Shown: positions 46,313 to 56,972, numbered from the stretch's first letter. The stretch: DNA of 64,000 bases from a virus (IMGVR_UViG_3300002542_000355:11781-75780), one strand, 5' to 3'. Notes: generated by a model from the letters alone, not told the origin. Numbers and translations: made by a program.

Positions 46313-46948
46313 GTGTCAAGTGTAAGTTCTAACATCGGTTTGATATTACCTGAAATTGAAGATCAAATTCATCAAACGATCATGGATTTATATAACAACT
46401 TTTCGAAACTAGATGAAATTGCTGATATTTATATGGATGAAGCACCTGCTAGTGGTTTTTGGAAAATAAGTAGACGTGTTTATAAAAAGAATCCGTCCAT
46501 TGGAGATTATGTTGGTTGGGTAAATCTTCGTGAAGGGATGGCTGCACCAGTTTGGAATAGCCTAACTTCATATTCAGTTGGCGACCTGATCATTCCGCCC
46601 AATGATAATGGTCACTATTATGAATGTGTTCAATCTGGATATAGTGGGGTAAATGTTCCATCATTTCCAACGATTTCTGGTGAAACAGTTAGAGATATTT
46701 ACGGATATTCATACTGGACTCCATCTAAAAACTATAATGAAGGTGATATAGTTCTTCCATCTATAGAGAATAATCGATTTTATGTTTGTACAGTTGCAGG
46801 CCTTTCTGGAATTTCTGAACCTACATGGACGATAGTTGATGGTGAATCAGTAAATGACAATCAAGTCGTTTGGGTTGGTTATCGTATTGTGACATGGAAA
46901 GAAAAAGGTGTAGCAGCACATTTTCGACCATTTGGAAAAATTGAATAA
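46313..46948 (+). CDS. carbohydrate-binding protein with two CBM5/12-like repeats
   Basis: W..(S/N)Y..GD.I/V.P...N..YY.C...G.SG repeated twice; GTG start after AGAGGTG. Confidence 0.65.
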   Translation: MSSVSSNIGLILPEIEDQIHQTIMDLYNNFSKLDEIADIYMDEAPASGFWKISRRVYKKNPSIGDYVGWVNLREGMAAPVWNSLTSYSVGDLIIPPNDNGHYYECVQSGYSGVNVPSFPTISGETVRDIYGYSYWTPSKNYNEGDIVLPSIENNRFYVCTVAGLSGISEPTWTIVDGESVNDNQVVWVGYRIVTWKEKGVAAHFRPFGKIE

Positions 46949-46965
46949 GTATGGGATGATGAAAA

Positions 46966-47607
46966 ATGGCTAAGTGGTCAGATTTAGCAAAATTTAGAGG
47001 TATGCGTGTATCACCGATTTTTACTTTGAATCTAGATGGAGATGGAGCAATTACAAATATATCTTGGGAAAGTAATGAACCAGAAGGAACGAATATTGCC
47101 ATTGAAACCAGTGTATCTTTTGATGGGGGCTATGATTGGACAGACTGGAAAAAAGTTGAGAACGGTGGAATGATACCTGATTTAGAAAGTCATATCTCTT
47201 TAAAAAACGTTAAATTTAGATACCGTGTTTTCGAAAGTACAAATGAGGCTAACTTAAGCCCAAGCTTAACAAAGGTTACTTTTTATTTTGAGCCCATTAT
47301 TTATTTTGAAAATAAGGGAGACAGAAAAATTTATCCGGAAATATGGATTACGAAAACGGGGAATGGCGATATTTCGATTATTAATACTTCCAATGGCAAC
47401 CAAGAATTTAAATTTACCAACTTGTTAGATGGTGAAAAGTTATATATACATGGAGAGCGCAGATATATTGAAACCAGTTTGCCTATGACATATAGGTATA
47501 GCAATTTCAATAACGAATATCTTGAATTTGTTTATGGTGAAAATATATTGCGTGTGGTGGGGAATGCACAAATCCAATTTAGATATCAATATAAATATTT
47601 GAGATAA
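46966..47607 (+). CDS. distal tail protein (Dit), insert and C-terminal part
   Basis: FENKGDRKIYPEIWI..FNNEYLEFVYGENILRV C-terminus. Confidence 0.7.
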   Translation: MAKWSDLAKFRGMRVSPIFTLNLDGDGAITNISWESNEPEGTNIAIETSVSFDGGYDWTDWKKVENGGMIPDLESHISLKNVKFRYRVFESTNEANLSPSLTKVTFYFEPIIYFENKGDRKIYPEIWITKTGNGDISIINTSNGNQEFKFTNLLDGEKLYIHGERRYIETSLPMTYRYSNFNNEYLEFVYGENILRVVGNAQIQFRYQYKYLR

Positions 47608-47621
47608 AAGGAGGTGAAATT

Positions 47622-50600
47622 TTGTTAGGGATTATTGATTGGAACAAAAAACCAGAGCAACCGCGACTTTATTTAACTAGGCCAAATAGAGAAATTATTG
47701 CTGAGTTATCAGAAGCATATAATATAAGGTTTAATAGTAAAATAATTGAGTTGAATGATTTGGAGTTTGATATTCCTTTTGAGATAGATATCAATCATCA
47801 ACTTGTAAAAAATAAAAATGTTGATTTACTAAAAGAAAGATACTTAATTTATATGGAGTTTGGTAACTATAAAGAATGGTTTATTATTGTTAAAATAACA
47901 GATAGCATGGATGAAGAGGGAGATTCAAAAACTGTATTTTGTTATTCATTAGCATATCAATTAAAAAATAAATTATTACGAGGATATCAAGTTGAAGCCA
48001 AGGATATTCGATATGTTTTAACAGATGTGCTTGCAGAAACCCCTTGGGGAATTGGAACACTAGACGCTGATTTTGAAACCACATATCGTTCATTTGATTT
48101 TTCTAATACTTCGGTGTTGGATGCGATTTACCAAATTGGTGAAACTTACAATGCGGTTATCGAATGGGATACGGTAAATCGTTTGGTTAGTTTTATAAAA
48201 CCGGAACTTCATGGCATCCATCGAGGAATTGAGTTTTCGTATGGCCATTATTTAAAGACGATGGGAAAAGAGTCCAATGCAGATGAGATGGTCACTCGTC
48301 TAAAAGCATTTGGTAAAGATGGCATGTCCATTAATGGAGTAAATCCAATTGGACAGAACTATATCCAAGATTTTTCCTATTTTATGTACCCTTTTGAACG
48401 TGATGCCAATGGTCAGGTAATCCAACACAGTTATTACATGTCTGATTCATTGTGCCATGCTCTATTGGATTATGAAGCATTAGTTGAGTCTAAGAAAAAT
48501 GAATTTAATACATATCTTACAAACAAAGAAAACCTACAATCCACACTTAGTCAGAAAGAAATTGAAATGGTTACGTTGAAAAACCAAGAAGCGCAAATTA
48601 ATGAGATCGTTCTCGCGCAACAGTTTGACGAAAATATGTGGTTTCATAAATTTGTGTATAATGGGACACCTGTTGCGATCAGCCAAAAGACAAAACGCCC
48701 TGAATATGCCTATGTTGTACTTTGCAAAGTTTCACAAACATCTAATATTACAGTTAGTTTGGATGGGATTCAAAGGAATCTATCTGCGGGTTCTTGGGTA
48801 GTATTGGGCAAGGTTAAAAATACGAGTACAATTGCATTAAATGTTAACGGAACAGCTACGAATGTAGATGTGTTTATTCAAATTGCTAACATTACCACAC
48901 AAGAATATGACACTTTGAGTAACGAGAATGCATTAATCGAAAAGTATTGTTTAGACCATAAACAGATGCAAATTTCTCAAAAGCAATTAGAAATTAACAC
49001 GTTAAATAACCAAATAGAGAGCGTAAATAATGACATTGAAGCTCTTAGAAATATCTTGGCAATGGAAAACAATTTTACAACAGAACAATTGGATGAACTA
49101 AGCAATTATATTATCGAACGAGAGTTTGAAGATCAAAACTATATTGACCCTCACGATTTATATGAGGCAACTAAAGAAAAGTTTGAAGAATTTAAAAAGC
49201 CCCAAATGATTATTGATATTGATATCGTGAATTTTAAAGAAGTTATTGAAGAACAAGGCAATTGGGACAAATTGGTTTTGGGGGATTATGTTACTGTTGT
49301 ATATGAACGAATGAACACTAAAGTAACTGCGAAAATAATTGAGATATCATATGATTTTGAAGACAGGAATATACAACTCAGAATCGCTAACATAAAAGAT
49401 ATTAGTGATGAAAATCGAAAGTTAGAGAGGTACATATATAGAAGTATTGGAACATCAACAACGGTTAGTCTAGAGAAAAATAAATGGGGAAAAGCGGTTA
49501 CAGATGTAAGCGAAATCAGTAAACTTTTTGATAATCTGTGGGATAAAATTACCAACGAAATTAATATGGCCAGCAATGAATATGTAGTGTATGACCGAAA
49601 CGGTTTAACTATATTTGACCCCAATGATTCGCTAAGATTTTTGAGGGCAACACATGGAGCATTGGCCCTTACAAGATCAGGCGGATTAAGATATGAAACG
49701 GCTATTACACCAGATGGAATTATTGCCGAACGGTTATTTGGGAAAATCCTTCTAACCCAACGTGTCACCATTGGCGATGACGACGGCATCTTAGAAATTC
49801 ATGGGGCTAAAGCCACCATCACAGACCGTTGTAATCGCGAAGTTATGAAATTTGGGTTAATTGAGGAAAATCCAGATAAATTTGGCATCATGTTAAATCG
49901 TTATTCCAGTGACAATTGTAATGATACAAATATTGTCAACAGGGTTTTTATGACCGAAGATGATGGATTTAAAATTCAACGTAAATCCGGTTTAAACTAT
50001 ATTGATATGGTTTGGTTGGACTTAGATGGTTATTTTCATGGAAATGGAATTCGGCTGGATTATGTTGAAGGTACTTTAAGTAATGGGATCAGTATCGATC
50101 CTATTAACGGAATTATTGTAACTCGTTCCGATGGACTAGTTAGAAGTAAATTAAATGCCACTGAAGGAATTGGAATTGAACGTTTTGAAAATGGGGCATG
50201 GGTTAAAAAATTATTTTTCAATATATCAGGAGAATTTAGAGCAGAAGATTTAGTAGCAAAACGATTAAGAATTGTAAATGATTTTGACGATCTATTGCTT
50301 GATTCAAATACTAATTATTTAAATATTGGTCGCTTTCAACAGATTATTACGGATGGAAAATTAACTCCAATTGAAAAATTAACTCTTAAACAAGAATGGG
50401 AAACCATACAAACGGAGTATCAAAAAATATTGTATCAAGCACAGCAATATCAATATTCAGCTAGAGATGGTGGAACAATCAGTCACATAAACATTCCTCC
50501 ATTTACAGCGGCTTATGTAGAATTAGGCAATTACATAACACCATTGTTAGCAAATATGAATGAAACCACAACCGTAGATAGAACGGAATTTACTCAAAAA

Positions 50601-51680
50601 TTTCAAAATTATTATGACCAAGCAAGAAGGATTATTAATGAAATTACTGATGCATTGAAGTATAGTTCTTTATTATTAGGCGTTCCTTATAATAAGGTTA
50701 CGATCGATGCACAGAATGGGATTTTAGTTGAAAGAAGTGACAATTTAATAAGAACGAAACTTAATGCCACAGAAGGAATAAGCATAGAAAGAAATAATGG
50801 CAGCCTTTGGACAAAGAAATTTTACGTAGATTTAAATGGTATATTACATGCAGAAGATCTAGTAGCAAAAAGATTGAAAATAGTTACCGATCCATTTGGT
50901 GGAGCGACAGAAGATGTAGTATTAATAGATGCAGAACAAAGAAAGTTATACTTGAATAATTTTGATATTATTGGTGCTGGTACAATAACTGCACAGTATA
51001 TTATAGTTAATACAGTTACGGCTGATGACGGATTTATTGCTAATTTAACAGTTAATAAACTAAAGACATTGGGGAAAATAGATACAGTTGGTATGTACGT
51101 TGATTTTATTAACGCAGAAAATAACACAGCCAAATGGATAACAGGTCAAATTACTTCGAGAGCACAAGCAACAACCAACGATGGAACGCCGTTATATTGG
51201 ACAGATGCGAGTAAATCAATGGTTACTACCAAAGTTACTTCCTATCCCGTATACAATTTAAATATTAACAAACATGAGAAATTAATAATTGGATTTGATG
51301 GAACTGGTTTAGGCGCTTATCCTTATATACAGATGGGAGAAGGTTCAGGAACAGGAAATAAAGGAAAATCATTTATATATAAATATACTGATTTATGGGA
51401 GTTTACATATTATGCTCGTGTTACAGAATATGAGAGAAATATATTTTTTGAAGATTCGCAAATACGAATATTTGCTGAAAATGGAGCAGTTGTATTGGAG
51501 CATTCTACTGGTTCAAAAATATCTATATCAGAAAATGGTAATTCCATCTTAATTCAATTACATAATGGTAGTTCGGTTACATTGAGTACAACGGGGTTAA
51601 ATATGAATATTACTGGCGCAATTAATATAAATGCAACTGGTCAAATTAAACTAAATGGTTCAAGTATACATTTAAATTAA
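47622..51680 (+). CDS. Tal / central tail hub-spike protein
   Basis: Prophage-tail N-terminal domain (ELNDLEFDIP..VTRLKAFGKDG); coiled coil; internal repeats; beta-helix-like C-terminus ending IHLN. Confidence 0.8.
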   Translation: MLGIIDWNKKPEQPRLYLTRPNREIIAELSEAYNIRFNSKIIELNDLEFDIPFEIDINHQLVKNKNVDLLKERYLIYMEFGNYKEWFIIVKITDSMDEEGDSKTVFCYSLAYQLKNKLLRGYQVEAKDIRYVLTDVLAETPWGIGTLDADFETTYRSFDFSNTSVLDAIYQIGETYNAVIEWDTVNRLVSFIKPELHGIHRGIEFSYGHYLKTMGKESNADEMVTRLKAFGKDGMSINGVNPIGQNYIQDFSYFMYPFERDANGQVIQHSYYMSDSLCHALLDYEALVESKKNEFNTYLTNKENLQSTLSQKEIEMVTLKNQEAQINEIVLAQQFDENMWFHKFVYNGTPVAISQKTKRPEYAYVVLCKVSQTSNITVSLDGIQRNLSAGSWVVLGKVKNTSTIALNVNGTATNVDVFIQIANITTQEYDTLSNENALIEKYCLDHKQMQISQKQLEINTLNNQIESVNNDIEALRNILAMENNFTTEQLDELSNYIIEREFEDQNYIDPHDLYEATKEKFEEFKKPQMIIDIDIVNFKEVIEEQGNWDKLVLGDYVTVVYERMNTKVTAKIIEISYDFEDRNIQLRIANIKDISDENRKLERYIYRSIGTSTTVSLEKNKWGKAVTDVSEISKLFDNLWDKITNEINMASNEYVVYDRNGLTIFDPNDSLRFLRATHGALALTRSGGLRYETAITPDGIIAERLFGKILLTQRVTIGDDDGILEIHGAKATITDRCNREVMKFGLIEENPDKFGIMLNRYSSDNCNDTNIVNRVFMTEDDGFKIQRKSGLNYIDMVWLDLDGYFHGNGIRLDYVEGTLSNGISIDPINGIIVTRSDGLVRSKLNATEGIGIERFENGAWVKKLFFNISGEFRAEDLVAKRLRIVNDFDDLLLDSNTNYLNIGRFQQIITDGKLTPIEKLTLKQEWETIQTEYQKILYQAQQYQYSARDGGTISHINIPPFTAAYVELGNYITPLLANMNETTTVDRTEFTQKFQNYYDQARRIINEITDALKYSSLLLGVPYNKVTIDAQNGILVERSDNLIRTKLNATEGISIERNNGSLWTKKFYVDLNGILHAEDLVAKRLKIVTDPFGGATEDVVLIDAEQRKLYLNNFDIIGAGTITAQYIIVNTVTADDGFIANLTVNKLKTLGKIDTVGMYVDFINAENNTAKWITGQITSRAQATTNDGTPLYWTDASKSMVTTKVTSYPVYNLNINKHEKLIIGFDGTGLGAYPYIQMGEGSGTGNKGKSFIYKYTDLWEFTYYARVTEYERNIFFEDSQIRIFAENGAVVLEHSTGSKISISENGNSILIQLHNGSSVTLSTTGLNMNITGAININATGQIKLNGSSIHLN

Positions 51681-51762
51681 TAATTTATTTTTTTATGCTT
51701 ACAAAAATAATCTTTCTGTGCTATAATAATCTTAGGAAAAGCATGGAAAGGGGAGTAAGATT

Positions 51763-52452
51763 ATGAAGAAAATTGTCATTGCATTTCTTTGTGGGGCTTT
51801 GTTTTTCTCAGGTGTCAGTTACGCAGCAGAAGAATTTGTCGTGAAATCAGTAAAGGTGAAAAATTATAAAATCATTCTTAATGGTGAAGAAGTGACCTTA
51901 AAAAATAAACCACTTCTCATTAATAATGGGACTACTTATTTGCCAGTTCGTGAAGTCGCAGAATTAACAAATCATTCTGTAGAATTTGACGGTACTGGTG
52001 AAGGGGTGATTACACTGACAAGTATTGAAAACGAAAATGTCATTGAAGAATCTAATAGCAATAAAAATTTAACAACAAATGATAGTGATGAGTTTGTTTT
52101 TGCAAAATTGCCACAAACAAAAGAAAAAGATGGGGTAGTAATTACAGTTCATTCAATTACAATCACTGAAACTTCGACTGATTTTGAAGTTACTGTAACC
52201 AACAATAGAGAAGATTATATTAGAGTATATTTTACTCATCCTATGAGAGCCAATCATAACGTAAGCGGAAAAGAAGCTAAGGTTGCTGGAACTATTAACG
52301 ATAAAGATTTTGAGGATATTATATTAGCCGGAGAAACTAAAAATGGAATTATTCAGAAGGGTAATATTGATGTTGATAGTGAAAATGTAATTTTTAACGT
52401 TAGTATTAATGGGCCAAGAGATATAATTCCGTTTTATATTAATCTGAAATAG
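51763..52452 (+). CDS. secreted stalk / copper-amine-oxidase-N-like domain protein (moron)
   Basis: Signal peptide MKKIVIAFLCGALFFSGVSYA; GTTYLPVREVAE motif; own terminator at 52460-52486. Confidence 0.7.
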   Translation: MKKIVIAFLCGALFFSGVSYAAEEFVVKSVKVKNYKIILNGEEVTLKNKPLLINNGTTYLPVREVAELTNHSVEFDGTGEGVITLTSIENENVIEESNSNKNLTTNDSDEFVFAKLPQTKEKDGVVITVHSITITETSTDFEVTVTNNREDYIRVYFTHPMRANHNVSGKEAKVAGTINDKDFEDIILAGETKNGIIQKGNIDVDSENVIFNVSINGPRDIIPFYINLK

Positions 52453-52504
52453 TTTGATTAATAACCCGCCAAAAGGCGGGTTATTTAATTTAATGGAGGA
52501 AATT

Positions 52505-53005
52505 ATGGCAGGGGTAGCATTTAACACATCAAAAATTGTTGAGTCAGTAAAAAACAATCATGTTACATATGACATTTATGTTTATCAACAAGTAGGCGGG
52601 GGATATTGTGGTGCTTATGATGAAGATGGCAATTGTATCTACTGGGTTCCCCCTGTCTATGATTGGGTTTATTCCGGTTCAAGTAGTACTCATGCAAAAA
52701 TTAATGGCGAAGTAGTTACTTCATCTAATGTTTATGTAAATGGGAAACCCATAGCTAAAGTTGGCGACCAAACAAACGAATCTTGGATTGCTGATCCTTC
52801 TGTTCCACCAGATACAAGCACAACCCAATATCGAAACATACGACCCGGAACATCAGGAAGTGGTTACGGTCAAATTACCATTGGCAATTCATCGAATGTA
52901 TATGTTGGTGGTCAAAGTGTAGCAGTTATTGGTTCACAAGTAACAACACATTTGGGAAATACAACAACCATTCAAGAAGGAAGTAGCAATGTATTTATTG
53001 GCTAA
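52505..53005 (+). CDS. PAAR-like spike tip protein
   Basis: SSNVYVNGKPIAKVGD, SSNVYVGGQSVAVIGS and IQEGSSNVFIG repeats. Confidence 0.7.
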   Translation: MAGVAFNTSKIVESVKNNHVTYDIYVYQQVGGGYCGAYDEDGNCIYWVPPVYDWVYSGSSSTHAKINGEVVTSSNVYVNGKPIAKVGDQTNESWIADPSVPPDTSTTQYRNIRPGTSGSGYGQITIGNSSNVYVGGQSVAVIGSQVTTHLGNTTTIQEGSSNVFIG

Positions 53006-53022
53006 ATTAAGGAGGTGAGATA

Positions 53023-54186
53023 TTGGCAATACAAACATACTTACAATTTAATGATCCCGTTGTATACCATTGGCGAAAGGGAGATGCAAGTGACCCATAT
53101 AAGCACAGGTATGATTCGTTGCCAGTAATAAATAACATTATTACATTATTAGAAATTCCTTCTGAATCTCACAAAGTTAAAATATCAGGATTAACGGAAA
53201 TTTCTCAAGAAACCTATGAAAGAGTCAGACAAATAGGTGAAAGCCAATTCTTAGTTAATTATAGTAATGGAGTCGTGCAATTTCATCCTTCGCAAGAAGG
53301 GAAAACCTTTTTATGTGAATATTATGGTCGCGGCTTTATTATGTATCCTGCTTCTAGAGTCTATGCCATGGTACATCGAAGCCCAGATATTGTGAAGACA
53401 TTACAGGATATTATTGATGAAGCAAAAAACCAACTAGATCAAACACAATTAGCCATTGATAACCTTCAAGTCATCATTCAGAATGCGATTAATGCAACGA
53501 ATAATGCCAATACTGCTACTGATAATGCAAATTGGGCAAGAACACAAGCATTAATGGCTGCTCAAGAGGCAAGAGAAGCTAGAGATAGTAGCATCATTAT
53601 TTATAAGGAACCTGTTGATACCTTTGAAGATATCGCCACTACATACCCCAATCCTAAAAATGGTTGGCGAGTTATGGTTAAAGAAACTGGTGATATTTAT
53701 CGATTTGATGGAATTAATGGTGGCGGTTGGGAATTAATTGAAAATTGGACAGGTGGGGTTATCCCATTAGCATCCGAAACAACTGATGGTCTTATGAGTT
53801 CGGATGATTATACAAAATTTCACCAAAAACTTGAATATAGAACAATGGTGTTTGTAATTCCAAATACAAGAGTACTTGGAATTCAAAGAGCGGTAATTCG
53901 CTTTCCTTTTGATGGAGAAATTGTTTCTGCTTATGCTTTTTGTGTAACGGAAGGCGTTACACAAAACACAGTAATGAATATAGAAAAAATATCTGAGTCA
54001 AATTTTCTGTCAAATAATAATTGGTCAAATGTGTGCGATATTATTCTTGCAGTTGGTGAAAATAAAAGTACATATAATGTTATTCATAACCCCCAAGTTC
54101 AAGCAGGGGATTATTTTAGAATTAACTTGTTTCAAGCCGATGTTGAAATGGGGAGTTTTGTTGTACAAATTGAAGTTAAAATATAA
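53023..54186 (+). CDS. tail/baseplate-associated structural protein
   Basis: Synteny; Ala/Asn-rich coiled coil; PLASETTDGLMS motif. Confidence 0.6.
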   Translation: MAIQTYLQFNDPVVYHWRKGDASDPYKHRYDSLPVINNIITLLEIPSESHKVKISGLTEISQETYERVRQIGESQFLVNYSNGVVQFHPSQEGKTFLCEYYGRGFIMYPASRVYAMVHRSPDIVKTLQDIIDEAKNQLDQTQLAIDNLQVIIQNAINATNNANTATDNANWARTQALMAAQEAREARDSSIIIYKEPVDTFEDIATTYPNPKNGWRVMVKETGDIYRFDGINGGGWELIENWTGGVIPLASETTDGLMSSDDYTKFHQKLEYRTMVFVIPNTRVLGIQRAVIRFPFDGEIVSAYAFCVTEGVTQNTVMNIEKISESNFLSNNNWSNVCDIILAVGENKSTYNVIHNPQVQAGDYFRINLFQADVEMGSFVVQIEVKI

Positions 54187-54195
54187 AAAAGGAGT

Positions 54196-54672
54196 ATGAT
54201 AATTATGCCAGCACCTGAAGTACTTTGGTACAATGCAAATAATACAGCACAAGTAACTGAATGGAATATTGGTACTGTTGATGCGGGAACTGTTTCTGCA
54301 CCGACAACATTTTTGATTTGGAATAATAGAGGCGGTTCAAGTCCATTATCGGACATGACAAACTGTACGATTACAACGAAAGATAATGCAGGAGGAAACA
54401 CAGGGGAATTGGTTGTTGATAAGTGGATTAAAGTAAGAGTGGACTCATTGGGCGAAACGGAATTTAATGATGGGATTGGAGGACTTATTACAAAAGTGAT
54501 TGGTGCGGAGGGCACGCCCGGCATCATTTCTGGTGCAGCCAATGATGGAAATATGAATACTGCCGCTACAAAAGCGAATTTTGCCAAAGTAACATTAGTT
54601 GCTGATGTTCCTGCTATGGCTACAGCAGGAAATGTTAGCTTTCTAACAAGGATTGCTTATCAATACATTTAA
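54196..54672 (+). CDS. tail-associated structural protein
   Basis: RBS AAGGAG; Ig-like composition. Confidence 0.55.
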   Translation: MIIMPAPEVLWYNANNTAQVTEWNIGTVDAGTVSAPTTFLIWNNRGGSSPLSDMTNCTITTKDNAGGNTGELVVDKWIKVRVDSLGETEFNDGIGGLITKVIGAEGTPGIISGAANDGNMNTAATKANFAKVTLVADVPAMATAGNVSFLTRIAYQYI

Positions 54673-54768
54673 GACAAAATACAATTTTATACGAGTATTA
54701 TGGGCATCCTCAAATAATATATGGGGATGCCTTTTTATTTACACTCACAATACAATGGGAGGATTTTT

Positions 54769-55365
54769 ATGTTTCATCTTGTTAATCCATATTCACCAGT
54801 AGAACAGGATTTTATTTGGTTGGCAGAGTATGCTAATGGGTCTTATTTATCCGAATTTGATTTTAAAACTCATAAGGAAAATAGTTTTTATGATATAGAT
54901 AGGAAATCCATTATAAGATTTGGTTTAATAGGCTGTGGACACAAATTATTTTATGAGGTATATAGAGGGATATTTGTCATTCAAGGAAAGATATTTAATT
55001 TTATCTATCGATACAATGATACAAATTATTCTTTAAGTGGAGTAAGTAAATTGTACAATGATATTATCGCTTTTAAAAATGCTGAATCGTTTTGTAATTT
55101 AAGCACTGGACGATCTATGGGTCGTATTACTCAATATAATTTTGGTTATAAAACAAAAAATGAATATGGAGATGGGATAAATATTAACTTCCAAGCTATA
55201 TGCCAGATTCCTTATAACGAACAAGCAACATTTCATTTAAAATTGGTTGCTAACAAAAAGATGGATGGAAAGCTATTAATCATTGGAAACGGTAGGATAA
55301 TTGATGAATATGATGCACCTTTATCTGAAGGCGTTGGGGGTGAAATTACGTGGCGACTGAGGTAA
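54769..55365 (+). CDS. hypothetical phage protein
   Basis: RBS GGGAGG before ATG at 54769. Confidence 0.65.
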   Translation: MFHLVNPYSPVEQDFIWLAEYANGSYLSEFDFKTHKENSFYDIDRKSIIRFGLIGCGHKLFYEVYRGIFVIQGKIFNFIYRYNDTNYSLSGVSKLYNDIIAFKNAESFCNLSTGRSMGRITQYNFGYKTKNEYGDGININFQAICQIPYNEQATFHLKLVANKKMDGKLLIIGNGRIIDEYDAPLSEGVGGEITWRLR

Positions 55366-56912
55366 TTAAAAAAAGAGATGCTTATTCCAAAACATTTTAT
55401 TTGGGGAATGGTGAGTTTCAAAAAGAAATTTATTCATACCCAATCCATTATAAAGATGAAACAGGCGAATGGAAAGAAATTGATACTTCAATAGAACCTG
55501 TTATGACTTGGGAGTTTACTGATGCTGTTGTAAAAAATATTTATCGTGCATATTTTACCGACACAACGCAAGAAAACATTCATTTGGTTAGCTTTGAAAC
55601 TATTGATGAAAATGGAATTGAACGATGGGTAAATTTGAAACTTAAAGATGCACACCCAATTGATAAAACCATTAATAATAATGAATATACATATATCGAA
55701 TGTTATCCAAATATTGATGTTCAATATTTGGTTATTAATGATAGATTAAAAGAAAATATAATAATAAAAAGTCCTACGGATAAAAAAAGTTTTACATTTA
55801 CATTAAAAATGCATGGATTGACAGTATCGCAATTAAATAATGGTGATATAGCAATATTAAATAGTGACACCAATGAAATAATTTCAAAACTTGATAAACC
55901 TTATATGATTGATGCAAATGGTGTTAGAAGTGATGGAGTAGAGTATGTTCTTGGACATGATGGAGAATTTGAAACACTTACTGTTGTAATAACTGATGAA
56001 CAGTTTTTGGAAACTAGTGCCTATCCTGTTTGTATAGACCCCTCGATTATTATTGAGGATCAAACTGGAGTACAAATGTATAGAAGTGATGGCAATCATA
56101 ATGATGAAATTTTTGGTATGAATATGTCATCAGGCGTTGCAATATGGTATTCTGCGATATATTATCAAATTATTGAGCAATTTAAAAGTGAGTTATCTTC
56201 TAATACTGTTATACTTGATTTTTATCTTGATTTATATTGTATTAACAGAAATGGTTCTTCTTCTTATCAAGTTACATTTAATACAATAGAAAGACCATGG
56301 AGTCATGGTGAGCAACCAAGTAGAGATAGTGAACAAACATTTTTGCAATTTCCACCTAATAGCGTTGGTGCTAATACGTGGAAAAGAATCGATTTAAAAA
56401 ATGCGCTTAGTAAAAATTTTTATGGATTTACTATTAATTATCAGCGAGGAGTAATTACTCATTACATTCATTTTGCATCTCCATTTCATTCTAATATTTC
56501 AATAAGACCTAAATTGGCAATTAAATGGCTTAATAAACCTTTACTCTTATTTCATGATGGAACAGGTATAGATGGGATTTATGCTGATGAAAAAGGAAAT
56601 GTATTTAAATACTTAAATATTGGCTTGTTAATCGCAGGACAAACATCTACTCCACAAAGGGTATGGTTGCGCAATCTTTCTGGTTTTGATATAAATAATT
56701 TACAAGTTCATGTCGAGAATCCAAATATTGCAGATCATGTAGAAGTTGAAATATCTTTAACACAAAATCCATTTATTCCTGAGCCTATATTAAGATTTAA
56801 TGGGACATACGCTGACGGTGAAGATGTTTCATTTTATGTAAGAGTAAAATCAAATGAGTTTGCTATGACTGGTGGTTATTTTAATATTTTAGCAAAAGCT
56901 GAACCTGCTTAA
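55350..56912 (+). CDS. tail-associated protein with a WapA/Rhs-N-like region and a DNRLRE-like domain
   Basis: SKTFYLGNG..YPIHYKDETGEW..LKENIII..AYPVCIDPS. Confidence 0.55.
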   Translation: MATEVIKKRDAYSKTFYLGNGEFQKEIYSYPIHYKDETGEWKEIDTSIEPVMTWEFTDAVVKNIYRAYFTDTTQENIHLVSFETIDENGIERWVNLKLKDAHPIDKTINNNEYTYIECYPNIDVQYLVINDRLKENIIIKSPTDKKSFTFTLKMHGLTVSQLNNGDIAILNSDTNEIISKLDKPYMIDANGVRSDGVEYVLGHDGEFETLTVVITDEQFLETSAYPVCIDPSIIIEDQTGVQMYRSDGNHNDEIFGMNMSSGVAIWYSAIYYQIIEQFKSELSSNTVILDFYLDLYCINRNGSSSYQVTFNTIERPWSHGEQPSRDSEQTFLQFPPNSVGANTWKRIDLKNALSKNFYGFTINYQRGVITHYIHFASPFHSNISIRPKLAIKWLNKPLLLFHDGTGIDGIYADEKGNVFKYLNIGLLIAGQTSTPQRVWLRNLSGFDINNLQVHVENPNIADHVEVEISLTQNPFIPEPILRFNGTYADGEDVSFYVRVKSNEFAMTGGYFNILAKAEPA

Positions 56913-56972
56913 TGGCAGGTTTTTTGTTTTATTTTAGTGTTCCAATACAATGGAAAAGGATGTGATATAAAT

